In this document: piece after piece, positions 8,651-18,959 of the stretch
Position numbering within the stretch: the stretch's first letter is position 1
How the letters are laid out: the number at the start of each line of letters is the position of its first letter
Assembly: GCA_041483895.1 (NCBI GenBank)
Contig: JBGPGO010000009.1
Location: 96,001-160,000, forward strand
Length of the DNA stretch: 64,000 bases
From: Fimbriimonadia bacterium
GTDB taxonomy: Bacteria > Armatimonadota > Fimbriimonadia > Fimbriimonadales > JABRVX01
Direction of reading: 5' to 3'
Program-made: the position numbers and the translations under genes
The notes under the pieces: generated by a model
What the model was told of the DNA's origin: nothing
Seen by the model: only the letters and a program-made list of their open reading frames with translations
Database searches by the model: none

Positions 8651-10486
8651 TTACAGCGCCTCGCGAATCTTGTCCACGAGCTCCTGTATCGCGGGGACCT
8701 GCTTGATGAATTTGCTCAACCCATCCGCCACCTGCAGCGCTTCCTCTTGACGCCCGGTCAGCTTCGCCGCCATCCCCAGATTGCCCATCACGGTGAGGAA
8801 TTGAGGATATTGCCGCACCGTGCGCCGCAACAGTTGATAGGCGTCTTCCGCCCGATCCTGGCGAAATAGCGCACCGGCCAGCTCCCCATACGCCGGCTCG
8901 CAGCCCGGATACATCTGAATGAGCTGCACCGCGGCCTGCTCCGCGCGGGGATGGTTGCCGAGCGCATTATGTGCGTGGGACAGCGCGAGCCATAGCTTCC
9001 AGTAGTCACTGAGCCATGCGGCAAGCTGTTCGAGGCCTTCCACCGCTCGCTCCGGTTCATTGGGCACGAGCGCCATCAGGGCGTTGAACCGCTCCAGCTT
9101 CTGTGGGGTCTCGATTTCCATTTGCCACGCCACGGTTTGAGCGCGAAGGTCGGGGGGAGGTTCGGACGCCAATATCAGCTTGATTGCCTCTTTCAGCTCT
9201 TCCGTTTTGCCGTTTTGAAACAGACAGACGGCGTATTCCGCCATCAGCGAGTGATCGTATGGCATGAACGGAATGGCATGCTCGAACTGTTCCAGCGCCT
9301 CGACATGCATTTCTCGCCGAGTCAGGTAGGTGGCGTAATGCCGATGAACGAGGGCCGTGTCCGTTACAGACTCGAGCGCCGTCTGAAATGTCTGGTCGGC
9401 ATCGTCAAACCTTCCAAGCTGTTCGTAGGTTGACGCCAGATTTGTCCAATTTGACGATTGGGATGGATCCTGATCGCGCAGTCCGGTCCACAAATCAATG
9501 ACGTCTTGGGATCGGCCCTCTTGCAACAGGAGGGTGGCAAGGTATGGCCCGGCGGTTTTCTCCTCGTCCTCGCCCTCCCTTGTGAGCGCCTCACGAAGGG
9601 AATGCTCCGCATCGGAAAGCTTGCCTTGGGAAATCTGCATCAAACCGAGCCTCACCCACACGGACGCCTCGGCCGGATTGAGGCTCAGAGATCGTTCGTA
9701 CGCCGCCTCGCCGTCTTCCGCTCGATTCGTTCGCTGACAGAGATCGCCCAACATGTACCAGCCTCGCCAGTCGTCGTCGCACAGGGCTATTGCCGCTCGC
9801 AATGACCGCTCGATCATTTCCAAAGAACCGATCTCGGCACCCAGGCAGAGCCGGCTTAGGCCGATGATCGCTTCGTACGGGGCGACGAAATCCGGGTCCC
9901 GCCGGAGAGAATCGACCAACGCATCGAACGGCCGATCAAAATCGAAATCCGGGGGCAGCTTGTCGGCCGCGCGCTGCAGGTAGGTCAGGCTGTCCCATCC
10001 GATCAGCAGGGAGAGGAACGCCTCGTGATCGTCCGTGCCAAAATCGCCGGTGCCGCGGATAAACTCGTCGGTGGCGACTAGCCCCAATCGATCCACTGTG
10101 TCTCGCATGAAGGAGGTCAGAACCGGTATCACTTCCGCGCGCTCGCCGGCGAACTCCCCGCGTCCGATCTCTCCCTCCCCTGCGCTCGTGATCCGGGCCA
10201 GGATGCGAAACTCCGCGCCGACCTCGACCAGGCCATCGACGGCCCATTTTGCTTCCGTCTCTTGCAAGACCTGAGTTACCAACGCTTCATCCGCCATCTG
10301 ATCGGACAGATTGACCAGGGCGATCTGCTCCCGGCCCTCGTTCTCGAATCGCGCCATATAGGAAATCCCCATGGCCTCGATGTCTTCCAAAGTCTTCATG
10401 GCTTCCGCCAAGATGAAGGAGACCTGCCGGCCATACGCGGCGTCGGTGCCTTGCTTGGTATTGAACGGAAGCACTGCGATTCTCAT
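8651..10486 (-). CDS. Tetratricopeptide repeat protein
   Basis: Many TPR-like repeats (WYMLGDL..A..AYERSLSLNP, WVRLG..GKLSDAE, WTNLASTYEQLG). Confidence 0.85.
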   Translation of the reverse strand: MRIAVLPFNTKQGTDAAYGRQVSFILAEAMKTLEDIEAMGISYMARFENEGREQIALVNLSDQMADEALVTQVLQETEAKWAVDGLVEVGAEFRILARITSAGEGEIGRGEFAGERAEVIPVLTSFMRDTVDRLGLVATDEFIRGTGDFGTDDHEAFLSLLIGWDSLTYLQRAADKLPPDFDFDRPFDALVDSLRRDPDFVAPYEAIIGLSRLCLGAEIGSLEMIERSLRAAIALCDDDWRGWYMLGDLCQRTNRAEDGEAAYERSLSLNPAEASVWVRLGLMQISQGKLSDAEHSLREALTREGEDEEKTAGPYLATLLLQEGRSQDVIDLWTGLRDQDPSQSSNWTNLASTYEQLGRFDDADQTFQTALESVTDTALVHRHYATYLTRREMHVEALEQFEHAIPFMPYDHSLMAEYAVCLFQNGKTEELKEAIKLILASEPPPDLRAQTVAWQMEIETPQKLERFNALMALVPNEPERAVEGLEQLAAWLSDYWKLWLALSHAHNALGNHPRAEQAAVQLIQMYPGCEPAYGELAGALFRQDRAEDAYQLLRRTVRQYPQFLTVMGNLGMAAKLTGRQEEALQVADGLSKFIKQVPAIQELVDKIREAL

Positions 10487-11172
10487 TTGCGCGACCTCGC
10501 CGCTTCCTCAACGAAGGCGCGGAGCAAAGCCTGGGTATGCGGTGATTCGGGCGTTCGTTCCGGGTGCCACTGAACGCCGAGGAGCCACCGGCCGTTCGCC
10601 GATTCAATCGCCTCGATGGTGCCATCCATCGCATGGCCGGCGACGCGGAGACCCTCTCCCAACGTTTCGATCGCCTGATGATGGGAACTGTCGGCCTCGA
10701 ATTGGGCTCCCCCGCAAGCCTGGGCCACCATCGATTCCGGATTGAGGTTCAGCGCGTGCGGCAGCGGGCCTTTGGGTTCCACTCGGTGATCCGTTAGGTG
10801 CTGAACGAGCTTTCCGCCCGAAAGAACGTTGATGAATTGGCATCCGTAACAGATGCCCAAGATCGGTTTTCCCGTCGGCAAAAAATGCGGCCAGAAACTT
10901 TTTTCGAAATGAAACCGGATCGGAGAGATAATCTCGACCTCCGGCACAGGCTGTTCCCCGTACTCCGCGGGATCGATGTCGTCGCCGCCCGCGATCAGCC
11001 AACCATCCAACCGATCGGCGTATTCGGAAAAATTCCCGACGAAAGGTAAAATGACGGGCAGACCACCGGCCTCAGAAACGACTCGGCAATATCGGGCGAT
11101 CACTTCGTCCTTGGGGTCGAGAGAATACGAGGAACGATCGGCTGTGATGCCGATGAGCGGCGAACGGTGCAT
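10483..11172 (-). CDS. Gamma-glutamyl-gamma-aminobutyrate hydrolase family (peptidase C26, class I glutamine amidotransferase-like)
   Basis: GGDDIDP, PILGICYGCQ, SSHHQA and GVQWHPE motifs. Confidence 0.92.
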   Translation of the reverse strand: MHRSPLIGITADRSSYSLDPKDEVIARYCRVVSEAGGLPVILPFVGNFSEYADRLDGWLIAGGDDIDPAEYGEQPVPEVEIISPIRFHFEKSFWPHFLPTGKPILGICYGCQFINVLSGGKLVQHLTDHRVEPKGPLPHALNLNPESMVAQACGGAQFEADSSHHQAIETLGEGLRVAGHAMDGTIEAIESANGRWLLGVQWHPERTPESPHTQALLRAFVEEAARSRK

Positions 11173-11221
11173 GGCCTAAAGTATAGACGCTGGCCAGTTG
11201 GGAAAGGAAGGTATCGGAGCA

Positions 11222-12007
11222 TTGAGGACTGCAATTCAACCCCTGACATGGGGCAATACCTCGTTCGAGGAAATCTGTAAGGAGATCGCTGCAGCGGGAT
11301 ACCAGGGCGTGGAGCCTTGGGTGGAAAACTATCTGGACGATCTCAGCCCTCTGCGTGACATCCTCGCGGCAAACAACCTTGCCTGCACGACCACTTACCG
11401 CGGTCTCAACCTCATGGACCCGTCCACCCGAGAGGATGAGATGGCGAAAGAGATGCGGTTTGCCAAGGCGCTGCGGGAGCTGGACGCGGAGGTTATTATT
11501 GTCTCGTCGCCTTCCCGACGGGTGGAGCGAAACGTGTCGCATGATCCCGCGATCATCCGTGAGTTTGCCAACCATGTCAACGAATTGTGCCGGCGCATCA
11601 AGGACGAAACCGGCGTGAAGGCGGTCTTCCACAACCACATCGGGACGCTCGTGGAGCGGCCGGAAGAGATCGACCACTTCATGGAATACACCTCGCCAGA
11701 CCTGTTGTACGGTGGTTTCGACACCGCGCAGCTATCAGCGGGCGGGGCCGATCCGGTCGAGTATTTTGTCCGCTATGCGCCCCGGATCAAGTATGTGCAC
11801 CTGAAGGATCGCCAGGTGGGGCGGCCGACGTACGGGAACTTCTGCGAGTTGGGATTAGGCTTCATCGACATCAAGACCTGTGTCCAGGTGTTGAAGGATG
11901 CCGGGTACGACGGCTGGCTGACTGCCGAGGTGGACCAGTCGCTCACAACCCCATACGACAGCGCCGTCACCTGCCGGGAGTATCTTCGAACCCACTGCGG
12001 CGTGTAG
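11222..12007 (+). CDS. Sugar phosphate isomerase/epimerase (IolE-like TIM barrel)
   Basis: GYQGVE, FHNH.GT.VE, FDTAQ, YVHLKD, ELGLG.ID and GYDGWLTAE motifs; TTG start inferred. Confidence 0.88.
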   Translation: MRTAIQPLTWGNTSFEEICKEIAAAGYQGVEPWVENYLDDLSPLRDILAANNLACTTTYRGLNLMDPSTREDEMAKEMRFAKALRELDAEVIIVSSPSRRVERNVSHDPAIIREFANHVNELCRRIKDETGVKAVFHNHIGTLVERPEEIDHFMEYTSPDLLYGGFDTAQLSAGGADPVEYFVRYAPRIKYVHLKDRQVGRPTYGNFCELGLGFIDIKTCVQVLKDAGYDGWLTAEVDQSLTTPYDSAVTCREYLRTHCGV

Positions 12008-12019
12008 CTGGTTTCCGCA

Positions 12020-12122
12020 ATAGGACTTATACGACCTATAGGACCTATATTTTGCCGGCAGGATGCCGGGGTTACGTGAGGCTGAACTCCAGACGTGTTG
12101 CCGGCAGGATGCCGGCAACACG
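12020..12122. repeat. 9-mer tandem repeat followed by two GCCGGCAGGATGCCGG REP-like palindromes
   Basis: ATAGGACTT ATACGACCT ATAGGACCT, then GCCGGCAGGATGCCGG twice. Confidence 0.8.
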
Positions 12123-12226
12123 TGGGCCGAAAGGCCCATTTGCGTGGCGGGCATTCCAAGGATGCGTTATAATGCCCCTTCGCTGGCAGAACCTGCCGGC
12201 CAAATTTCTCCCAAGGAGGCGTCAGC

Positions 12227-12286
12227 ATGATTAGGACAATACCAACAACCAGCGCGGGAAGCGTCGCCTCCGCCGCCGCTCGGTAG
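12227..12286 (+). CDS. Candidate 19-aa leader peptide MIRTIPTTSAGSVASAAAR
   Basis: TATAAT at ~12168, AAGGAGG RBS, ATG at 12227; the TAG stop is supplied by the first GTAG REP. Confidence 0.35.
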   Translation: MIRTIPTTSAGSVASAAAR

Positions 12287-12528
12287 CCGCAAGCTTCAGC
12301 TTGCGCTTCTGACATACAGCGACCACGGTCGCGACATCTCCGAAACATTCGAACATCATTTCGACCCATCTTTGCGCCTTAAGCTCGTCCGGTAGCCGCA
12401 AGCTTCAGCTTGCGCAGTACGTTGACGATTCGATCGTCAATTAAATAGAAATTACCGAACGGGAACGCAAGCTAAAGCTTGCGGCCACGGTGGCCATGAT
12501 TGGGACGCAAGCTAAAGCTTGCGGCTAC
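12283..12528. repeat. Cluster of four GTAG-type REP sequences (two forward, two reverse)
   Basis: GTAGCCGCAAGCTTCAGCTTGCG at 12283 and 12392; CGCAAGCTAAAGCTTGCGGC(C/T)AC at 12466 and 12506. Confidence 0.9.
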
Positions 12529-12711
12529 CGTGGACCGTGCGAGAGGCGCGCGTACGATACGAAGGAGATTTCAAAGTGCTTCTTACTCGTGATGATCTGG
12601 CGGAGCTGCTCGCCAATCGCAGCGCTCCGCGGCTCCTGCTCGCCGATCCGGAATGGGTTCGCGAGTGGGAACTGAAATGGGAAGATGCCGAGGCGGCCGG
12701 AGAAGACGAAA

Positions 12712-13665
12712 ATGGCGACTGACATCGCAACCGTCTTCCGGAAGTTCACCGGACGCTACGACGTCCATCTCGATGGGCGGACGCTGTCCTGCACCGTCGT
12801 CGGCATCTTACGGAAAAATCTGGTCCGCTCCAACGACGGTCGGCGCGTCGCCTCCGTCAAAGAGCTCGCCACCAATGAACCTGTCGCGGTTGGGGACCAA
12901 GTGAGAGTTCAGGATCTGGATAACGGATCCGGTCTGATCACTGAGGTCCTCCCGCGCCGGTCCAAGCTGTCGCGACGCGCGCCGGGTTCGCGGCACGTCG
13001 AGCAGGTGATGGTCGCCAACGCGGACCAGGTTGTCGCCGTGTTCGCCGCCGCCAAGCCCGAGCCCAAATGGGGCCTGCTCGACCGGTACCTGATCGAGGC
13101 GGAAGCGGTGGAATTGGAGGCGACAATCTGCATCACAAAGTCAGATCTCGCCGAAGATACGAAGCCGCCGGCCATCTTGGACCTGGAGCGTGTCGGCTAT
13201 CCAACGATTTTCACCAGCACCATCACGATGGCGGGGATTGCAGCGATGAAGGAAGCCCTCCAAGGAAAGGTCTCGGTGTTTGTCGGCAAGTCGGGGGTGG
13301 GAAAAACCTCCCTCCTCAACGCGCTCCAGCCAGGTCTTGGAGCGAAGGTTGGAGAGGTCAGCCCGTCCGTCGGCAAGGGCCGGCACACGACGACCCACCT
13401 CGAAATGTTTCCGCTTGACTTTGGAGGCTTTGTCATCGATACACCCGGAATACGTGAGTTTGGATTGTGGGATATCGCAGGTTCCGAGATGGCGGCGCTG
13501 TTTCGCGAATTTCAGCCGCATCTGGACTCATGCCGATTCGGAGCGAGCTGCAGCCATGCGCATGAGCCGGGCTGCGCGGTCCGCGAGGCGGTCGCCGGTG
13601 GAACGATTAGCGAGCGAAGGTACCGGAGCTATCTTCAGCTCTCCGGCAACAATGCATGCCAATAG
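12712..13665 (+). CDS. rsgA: Ribosome small subunit-dependent GTPase A
   Basis: VGD.V, ANADQ, TKSDL, GKSGVGKTSL, GRHTTT, IDTPG and the CRF..CSH.HEPGCAV zinc finger. Confidence 0.95.
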   Translation: MATDIATVFRKFTGRYDVHLDGRTLSCTVVGILRKNLVRSNDGRRVASVKELATNEPVAVGDQVRVQDLDNGSGLITEVLPRRSKLSRRAPGSRHVEQVMVANADQVVAVFAAAKPEPKWGLLDRYLIEAEAVELEATICITKSDLAEDTKPPAILDLERVGYPTIFTSTITMAGIAAMKEALQGKVSVFVGKSGVGKTSLLNALQPGLGAKVGEVSPSVGKGRHTTTHLEMFPLDFGGFVIDTPGIREFGLWDIAGSEMAALFREFQPHLDSCRFGASCSHAHEPGCAVREAVAGGTISERRYRSYLQLSGNNACQ

Positions 13666-13807
13666 CAAGATTCCGCCCGGCTGAAATACCAACCGGGCGG
13701 AACAAACAGGTATATCAACCGACCAAATCGCAGACAGTTATGCGATTTATCCTTTATAATTGATAAGTTGCGGATATTCGCGTTTGCTTTAACACGGAGG
13801 GGCTAGG

Positions 13808-15898
13808 ATGAAACGAGTGGGTTTCCTTATTGTCGCGGCTTTGGCGGGGTTGCCGGTCGTCGGCCAAATTCAAACAAAATCGGATCGGTTGATCGCGGAA
13901 CGTCTTTCTGTGTCGGAGTGGAACCTTCAGGCCTTCGACCTTCCCGACCGGGTCCAGCCAACTGTCTATGTTCCCATAAAGCTCGGCGGCTTGGACTATC
14001 AGCTCAAGCTATGGCCGCATGATAATCGCGCCAAGGATTTCAAAGTGTTGGTTCAAGGCGCCGACGGCCAACTCCGCGAGGTCGTGCCGCCTGTGCCGCG
14101 AACGTATCAAGGGACGGTCCTCACCGCGGACGGAGAACCGGTCGATGGAACAGTGGTTGCCTGCTCGATCGTCAATCGGCAACTTCGCGGCATGGTCTGG
14201 ATTAATTTCCGCGAGGACCTTCCCGGACCGCAGATACGATATACGATCACTCCTCTCTCTGATATCGATCGATCTGCCGCGAAACCTCTGCACGTTGTCA
14301 CCGACAACTTCGCTCTCAAGTTGCTGCCTTACACATGTGAGGAAGTCCAGATTGAGCACGACGACGGTGGGGACGGCGTATCGATGCAAGCCACAGGAAA
14401 CAAGATCTGTGACATTGCGTTCGATGCCGATTATGAGTTTTATCAGCTCAGTGGCAGCAGTGTGCCGAATGTGGTGTATGACATCGAAAACACGCTGCAA
14501 TCCGTGGAAATGATCTACCAGCGCGATTGCCAGATATCCTATGAAGTGCCGGCAATTATCGTTCGGACGACAGTGAACGATCCATATTCAACTACCGTTG
14601 GCGCGACGGTTCTGTCCCAGATGAGAACGGAGTGGAACAACAATCAGGCATTGATCCGCCGTGACTTGGCGCAATTGATCACTGGGCGCGACCTCGATGG
14701 CACTTTGATCGGCATCTCTTATATTGGCGTAGTGTGCACACTCACTGACGCCTACGGTGTGAATGAGCTAGAGTATTCTCCCTATTTCGAATTGCGAGTC
14801 GCCTTGCTGGCGCATGAGATCGGACATGGTTGGAATGCGGTCCATTGTGTAGAAAACACCGATTGCCACATTATGTGCGCCGTAATCGATTCATGCGACG
14901 GCGTCTTAGGCCCCAATCTTCGTTTCGGCGTCGGCGAAAAGGGATTGATCAATCCGTTCAGAGATTCCCGGACCTGCCTCACGACGGAACCGGATACGCT
15001 GTCCCCGCCGTTTACCGAGGCCTGGCCCGCGGCCGCGATCGATCAGACCCGGTGGACCTACTTCAAGAATCCCTTCGTGGTCTCGAATGCCGTCAACGAA
15101 CCAAGTCCTCTTCTGTCATTGCGATTGCGGGCCGCATCGTCGTTGGCCTATGCGAATGACGAAATTCGAAGCAATTACATCAATATGCTCGGCCAGTCAG
15201 GGTCCGTAATCTCGTTTTGGACGGAGCATGTCGGCGTGGAATCCGGCAAGAAGCTGTACGTCGAGTTTTGGAACCAATCGCAGCTTCGCTGGGATCCGGT
15301 TACGACGCTGACTTCGAACGGTACGGATCAATCGGATTTTGTCAAGACTACGGTCAATATGCCGACGGCGGGCTACTCCAGCAGATTCCGGATTCGCTTC
15401 GTCGCCGGTTCGACTGACACGACCGACAATTGGTACGTTGACGACATTTCGATAAGCGGCGTGCCGTTAGCGACGGTTTCCGGGAACGTAGTGTTGGAGA
15501 ATCTAGCGATCAGCCCGGCGGGCCTTGTGGCGACCTTGCAATTCCGAACGCCGGGAACAACAAACGTCTTCTATAGCAGCAATATCACATTAAATGCCAA
15601 CGGAGACTATTCGTTGGGTACCGTCCCGCCGGGCACATACGATATTGCCCTGAAATTCCCGACTTTCCTTCGCAAAGTCGTGACCAATAAAACGGTCAGC
15701 GGCACGACAACCAACGTCAACTTCGACCTGGTTTGTGGTGATTCGGATGGAAACAATGTCATAGACTTGAAGGATATGAATCCGGTATTTCAGAACTTCC
15801 TGCTGCCGGGTCAGGGCGACGTTAATCTGTCCGGACTCGTCGACCTGCTTGATCTCAACCTGATGTTTGCCAACTTTGGAATGTCAGGAACCAACTAA
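13808..15898 (+). CDS. Secreted M12 (reprolysin-like) zinc metallopeptidase with C-terminal beta-sandwich and dockerin-like repeats
   Basis: GGAGG RBS, signal peptide, IAFDADYEF, HEIGHGWNAVH and Met-turn HIMC; C-terminal GDSDGNNVIDLKD and GDVNLSGLVDLLD. Confidence 0.88.
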   Translation: MKRVGFLIVAALAGLPVVGQIQTKSDRLIAERLSVSEWNLQAFDLPDRVQPTVYVPIKLGGLDYQLKLWPHDNRAKDFKVLVQGADGQLREVVPPVPRTYQGTVLTADGEPVDGTVVACSIVNRQLRGMVWINFREDLPGPQIRYTITPLSDIDRSAAKPLHVVTDNFALKLLPYTCEEVQIEHDDGGDGVSMQATGNKICDIAFDADYEFYQLSGSSVPNVVYDIENTLQSVEMIYQRDCQISYEVPAIIVRTTVNDPYSTTVGATVLSQMRTEWNNNQALIRRDLAQLITGRDLDGTLIGISYIGVVCTLTDAYGVNELEYSPYFELRVALLAHEIGHGWNAVHCVENTDCHIMCAVIDSCDGVLGPNLRFGVGEKGLINPFRDSRTCLTTEPDTLSPPFTEAWPAAAIDQTRWTYFKNPFVVSNAVNEPSPLLSLRLRAASSLAYANDEIRSNYINMLGQSGSVISFWTEHVGVESGKKLYVEFWNQSQLRWDPVTTLTSNGTDQSDFVKTTVNMPTAGYSSRFRIRFVAGSTDTTDNWYVDDISISGVPLATVSGNVVLENLAISPAGLVATLQFRTPGTTNVFYSSNITLNANGDYSLGTVPPGTYDIALKFPTFLRKVVTNKTVSGTTTNVNFDLVCGDSDGNNVIDLKDMNPVFQNFLLPGQGDVNLSGLVDLLDLNLMFANFGMSGTN

Positions 15899-15999
15899 CA
15901 CAACAGGTCGATTATCCACGCTGGAGTTATCGGGCGGGGAACAATATCGAAGGTCAGGATGTCAGATCGGTGGGGTTCATACAACCCCGGAGGTCCAAC

Positions 16000-18069
16000 T
16001 TGAGATATTTCGCCGCCCTCTGTGCCTTGGCAATCGGCTTGGCATCACTGGGCCAGATAGAAACGAAGGCCGACCGCCTGATCCATGACAAGATGATGGT
16101 TTCAGAGTGGACCGTGCAAGCTCTAACGTTGCCAAGAACCGTCCAGCCCACGGTGTTGGTGCCGATCAACTTGGGAGGGCAGGCATTCACCCTGAAGCTC
16201 TGGCCGCACGCATCTCGATCCAAGGATTTCAAGCTCCTCATCCAAGATCGAACCGGATTGCACGAGGAGCCCGCCGCCGCCCCAAGCACATGCAGAGGCA
16301 CGGTACTGGGCGTCGATGGCAGCGCGGTTTCCGGATCGATCGACAACAACCAATTCACCGGCCTCGTCGTCTTCAATTTCACAGGCAAGGAGCCGGGACC
16401 GGAAGTGCGCTATTCCGTGGTACCGCTCAGTCAAATCGACCCGACCGCGGCGAAGCCGCTTCACGTTGTCGCAGACAGTTCCAACCTCCTGCCAACTCCG
16501 TTTCATTGTGGAGTGACGGAAGGTTCCCGCGATAACGACGGTGACGAGGTAATCATCCAAGCGACCGGAGAGAAGATCTGCGATATCGCGTTCGATAGCG
16601 ACTACGAGTTCTATCAGAAGAATGGCAGCAGTGTTCCGAACACGATGAAGGATATCGAGAACGTGATGAATACGGTCGAGTTTGTTTATGAGCGGGATGT
16701 GGATATAACGTATGAGGTAACCACGATCGTTGTCCGTACAATTGCGGCGGATCCGTATACCAGCACCGACCCAAACACGATCTTGACCGAGTTTCAGAAC
16801 GCCTGGAACTCGGGAATGGGGCTGATCCGCAGAGACACGGCGCACATGATGACCGGCAAGGCTATCGATGGAAATGTGATTGGGATCTCCTTTGTTGGAG
16901 TCATATGCAACACATCGTATGGGTATGGACTTGACGAATCGCGATTCTCGAGCAATTTTGATCTACGGGTGGCACTTTCCGCGCACGAGATCGGACACAA
17001 CTGGAATGCCAGCCATTGCAGCGGCTCGGATTGCCACATTATGTGTCCCACAATCAATCAGTGCGGCGGTGTCACCGGGAGCAATCTGAAATTTGGGGCC
17101 GCGGAACAGAGCGAGATTGAGACGTTTCGCGCAACTCTATCCTGCCTCACTACAGAACCCGACTTCCTAAGCCCCCCGTTCTCAGATGCTTTCCCCACCA
17201 GCCTCATCGATTCCAACAAATGGGTGTACGTTTACGGGGCGACCGCGCCAACGACCGCTTCCAATGAGCCCAGTCCATCGAATTCCTTGGACTTGGACGC
17301 AACGGTCTCAGCCGATTATGCCGACGACGAGATCCGAACGCACTTCATCAACCTGTCCGGCCTGTCCGGGCATATTGTCTCCTTCTGGATCGAGCACATC
17401 GGCGTCGAATCCGGAGAATCGCTGAGCGTTGAGTATTGGAACAAAGGACAACTTCGATGGGACGTGCTGACAACGGTCGCGTCGGATGGCGTCGACCAAA
17501 CGAACTTCACATACACTGTGGTGGGGTTACCGGCGGCGGCCTATACCACCGATTTCCGCCTCCGGTTCGTCGCTGTCGTCAATGAGCCGAATGACGACTG
17601 GTACATCGATAATGTATATGTCGGGGCGCCGCTCACCGCGACGGTGCAAGGGAATGTCGATCTTCAGAGCATCGCAATTAGCCCATACGGCCAATCGGCA
17701 ACGATCGAATTCCGATCCCCGAAAACGACGAACCTGGCCTTCAGCGGTCCGGTCTCCTTGGATGGCAACGGAAATTATGGGATCGCGGGCGTGCCGATCG
17801 GCGTGTACGACGTCGCAGTGAAGTTCCCGACATGGCTTCGGCAGGTTTTGCCGAGCCGCACAATCGCCTCACCAAGCACTTCGGGTGTGAACTTCAGTCT
17901 GGTCTGCGGCGATGCGGTCGAAGACAATTCGGTTGACCTGTTAGACCTGAACAGGGTGCTAACAAACTTTGGAGGGTTTGGGGAAGGGGATGTCGATCTG
18001 TCCGGTCTAGTTGATCTCCTCGACCTCAACACCATCATGGCGAACTTCTTAATGGCGGGACAACCGTAG
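16000..18069 (+). CDS. Tandem paralogous M12 zinc metallopeptidase with the same C-terminal module
   Basis: GGAGG RBS with TTG at 16000; HEIGHNWNASH and HIMC; colinear with 13808..15898. Confidence 0.88.
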   Translation: MRYFAALCALAIGLASLGQIETKADRLIHDKMMVSEWTVQALTLPRTVQPTVLVPINLGGQAFTLKLWPHASRSKDFKLLIQDRTGLHEEPAAAPSTCRGTVLGVDGSAVSGSIDNNQFTGLVVFNFTGKEPGPEVRYSVVPLSQIDPTAAKPLHVVADSSNLLPTPFHCGVTEGSRDNDGDEVIIQATGEKICDIAFDSDYEFYQKNGSSVPNTMKDIENVMNTVEFVYERDVDITYEVTTIVVRTIAADPYTSTDPNTILTEFQNAWNSGMGLIRRDTAHMMTGKAIDGNVIGISFVGVICNTSYGYGLDESRFSSNFDLRVALSAHEIGHNWNASHCSGSDCHIMCPTINQCGGVTGSNLKFGAAEQSEIETFRATLSCLTTEPDFLSPPFSDAFPTSLIDSNKWVYVYGATAPTTASNEPSPSNSLDLDATVSADYADDEIRTHFINLSGLSGHIVSFWIEHIGVESGESLSVEYWNKGQLRWDVLTTVASDGVDQTNFTYTVVGLPAAAYTTDFRLRFVAVVNEPNDDWYIDNVYVGAPLTATVQGNVDLQSIAISPYGQSATIEFRSPKTTNLAFSGPVSLDGNGNYGIAGVPIGVYDVAVKFPTWLRQVLPSRTIASPSTSGVNFSLVCGDAVEDNSVDLLDLNRVLTNFGGFGEGDVDLSGLVDLLDLNTIMANFLMAGQP

Positions 18070-18086
18070 CGCCGGAACAAAGATAG

Positions 18087-18122
18087 TGCGGCGTGGCGAC
18101 AGCCGCGCCGCATTTCCTTTTC
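18087..18122. terminator. Hairpin terminator between convergent genes
   Basis: TGCGGCGTGGC-GACA-GCCGCGCCGCA then TTTCCTTTT. Confidence 0.65.
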
Positions 18123-18891
18123 AACCGATTCGGAAGTCGGGGCTTCGCTTCTCCAAGAAGGCGGCTACCCCTTCGCGCCCTTCTTCGCTCGCTCGCAAAT
18201 CGGCAATCAGGGCAGCGGCTTCGTCTTTCCCTGAGACTAAATCGCGCAACAGGTCCTTGCATGCCGCGATGGCTGCGGGGCCGTTTTGCAGGATGAGTTT
18301 GACGACGCCGTCCACATCCACATCCAGGCTTTCAGCGGGGGCGATCCGATGGACCAACCCCAAGGTCTTGGCCGTCTGCACATCGAACCGCTCCCCTGTG
18401 ATGAACAGGCACCGCGCCGCGCCAAGGCCGATCTTCTGCACGACATATTGCGAAATGACTGCCGGAGCCAACCCCAGCTTCACTTCGCTAAATCCAAGCG
18501 TGGCGGCCTCTGACGCGATCACGACATCGCACACGGCAGCCAGCCCGACTCCGCCTCCCATCGCCGCGCCGTGCACGCGCGCAATCGTTGCTTTCGGGCA
18601 TCGGTCTATGGCTTCGAACATTTCTTGCAACCGCCGGGCATCGGCCAGGTTCTCTTCGCGCGAAAACCCAGCCATCCGGCGCATCCACTCCAAATCCCCG
18701 CCGGCGCAAAAGGATTTCCCTTCGCCCGAGAGAACGACCACGCGCACCGCATCGTCCTGCCAAAGCTGCCGAAACGCCAAGGTGATCTCGGCTATCAATT
18801 CGTCGTTGAAGGCATTGTGAACCTCGGGCCGATTGAGCCGAACGTCCGCCCTGGGCCCGGCGATTGTGAGGAGGAGGTGCTTGAAACCCAT
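18121..18891 (-). CDS. Enoyl-CoA hydratase/isomerase (methylglutaconyl-CoA hydratase-like)
   Basis: LNRPEVHNAF, FCAGGDL, GAAMGGGVGL, FSEVKLGLAPA and EGREGVAAFLEKR motifs. Confidence 0.92.
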   Translation of the reverse strand: MGFKHLLLTIAGPRADVRLNRPEVHNAFNDELIAEITLAFRQLWQDDAVRVVVLSGEGKSFCAGGDLEWMRRMAGFSREENLADARRLQEMFEAIDRCPKATIARVHGAAMGGGVGLAAVCDVVIASEAATLGFSEVKLGLAPAVISQYVVQKIGLGAARCLFITGERFDVQTAKTLGLVHRIAPAESLDVDVDGVVKLILQNGPAAIAACKDLLRDLVSGKDEAAALIADLRASEEGREGVAAFLEKRSPDFRIG

Positions 18892-18959
18892 AGCACGTTG
18901 TACCCTCCCAAGAACTCATCGGGCAGTTATTGATACTAAAGGGGTGGAGGTGGTACCCC

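Noticed and set aside
12283..12528. CRISPR array from four 23-bp repeats
   Set aside because: Mixed orientations, irregular spacing and a GTAG foot indicate REP sequences.
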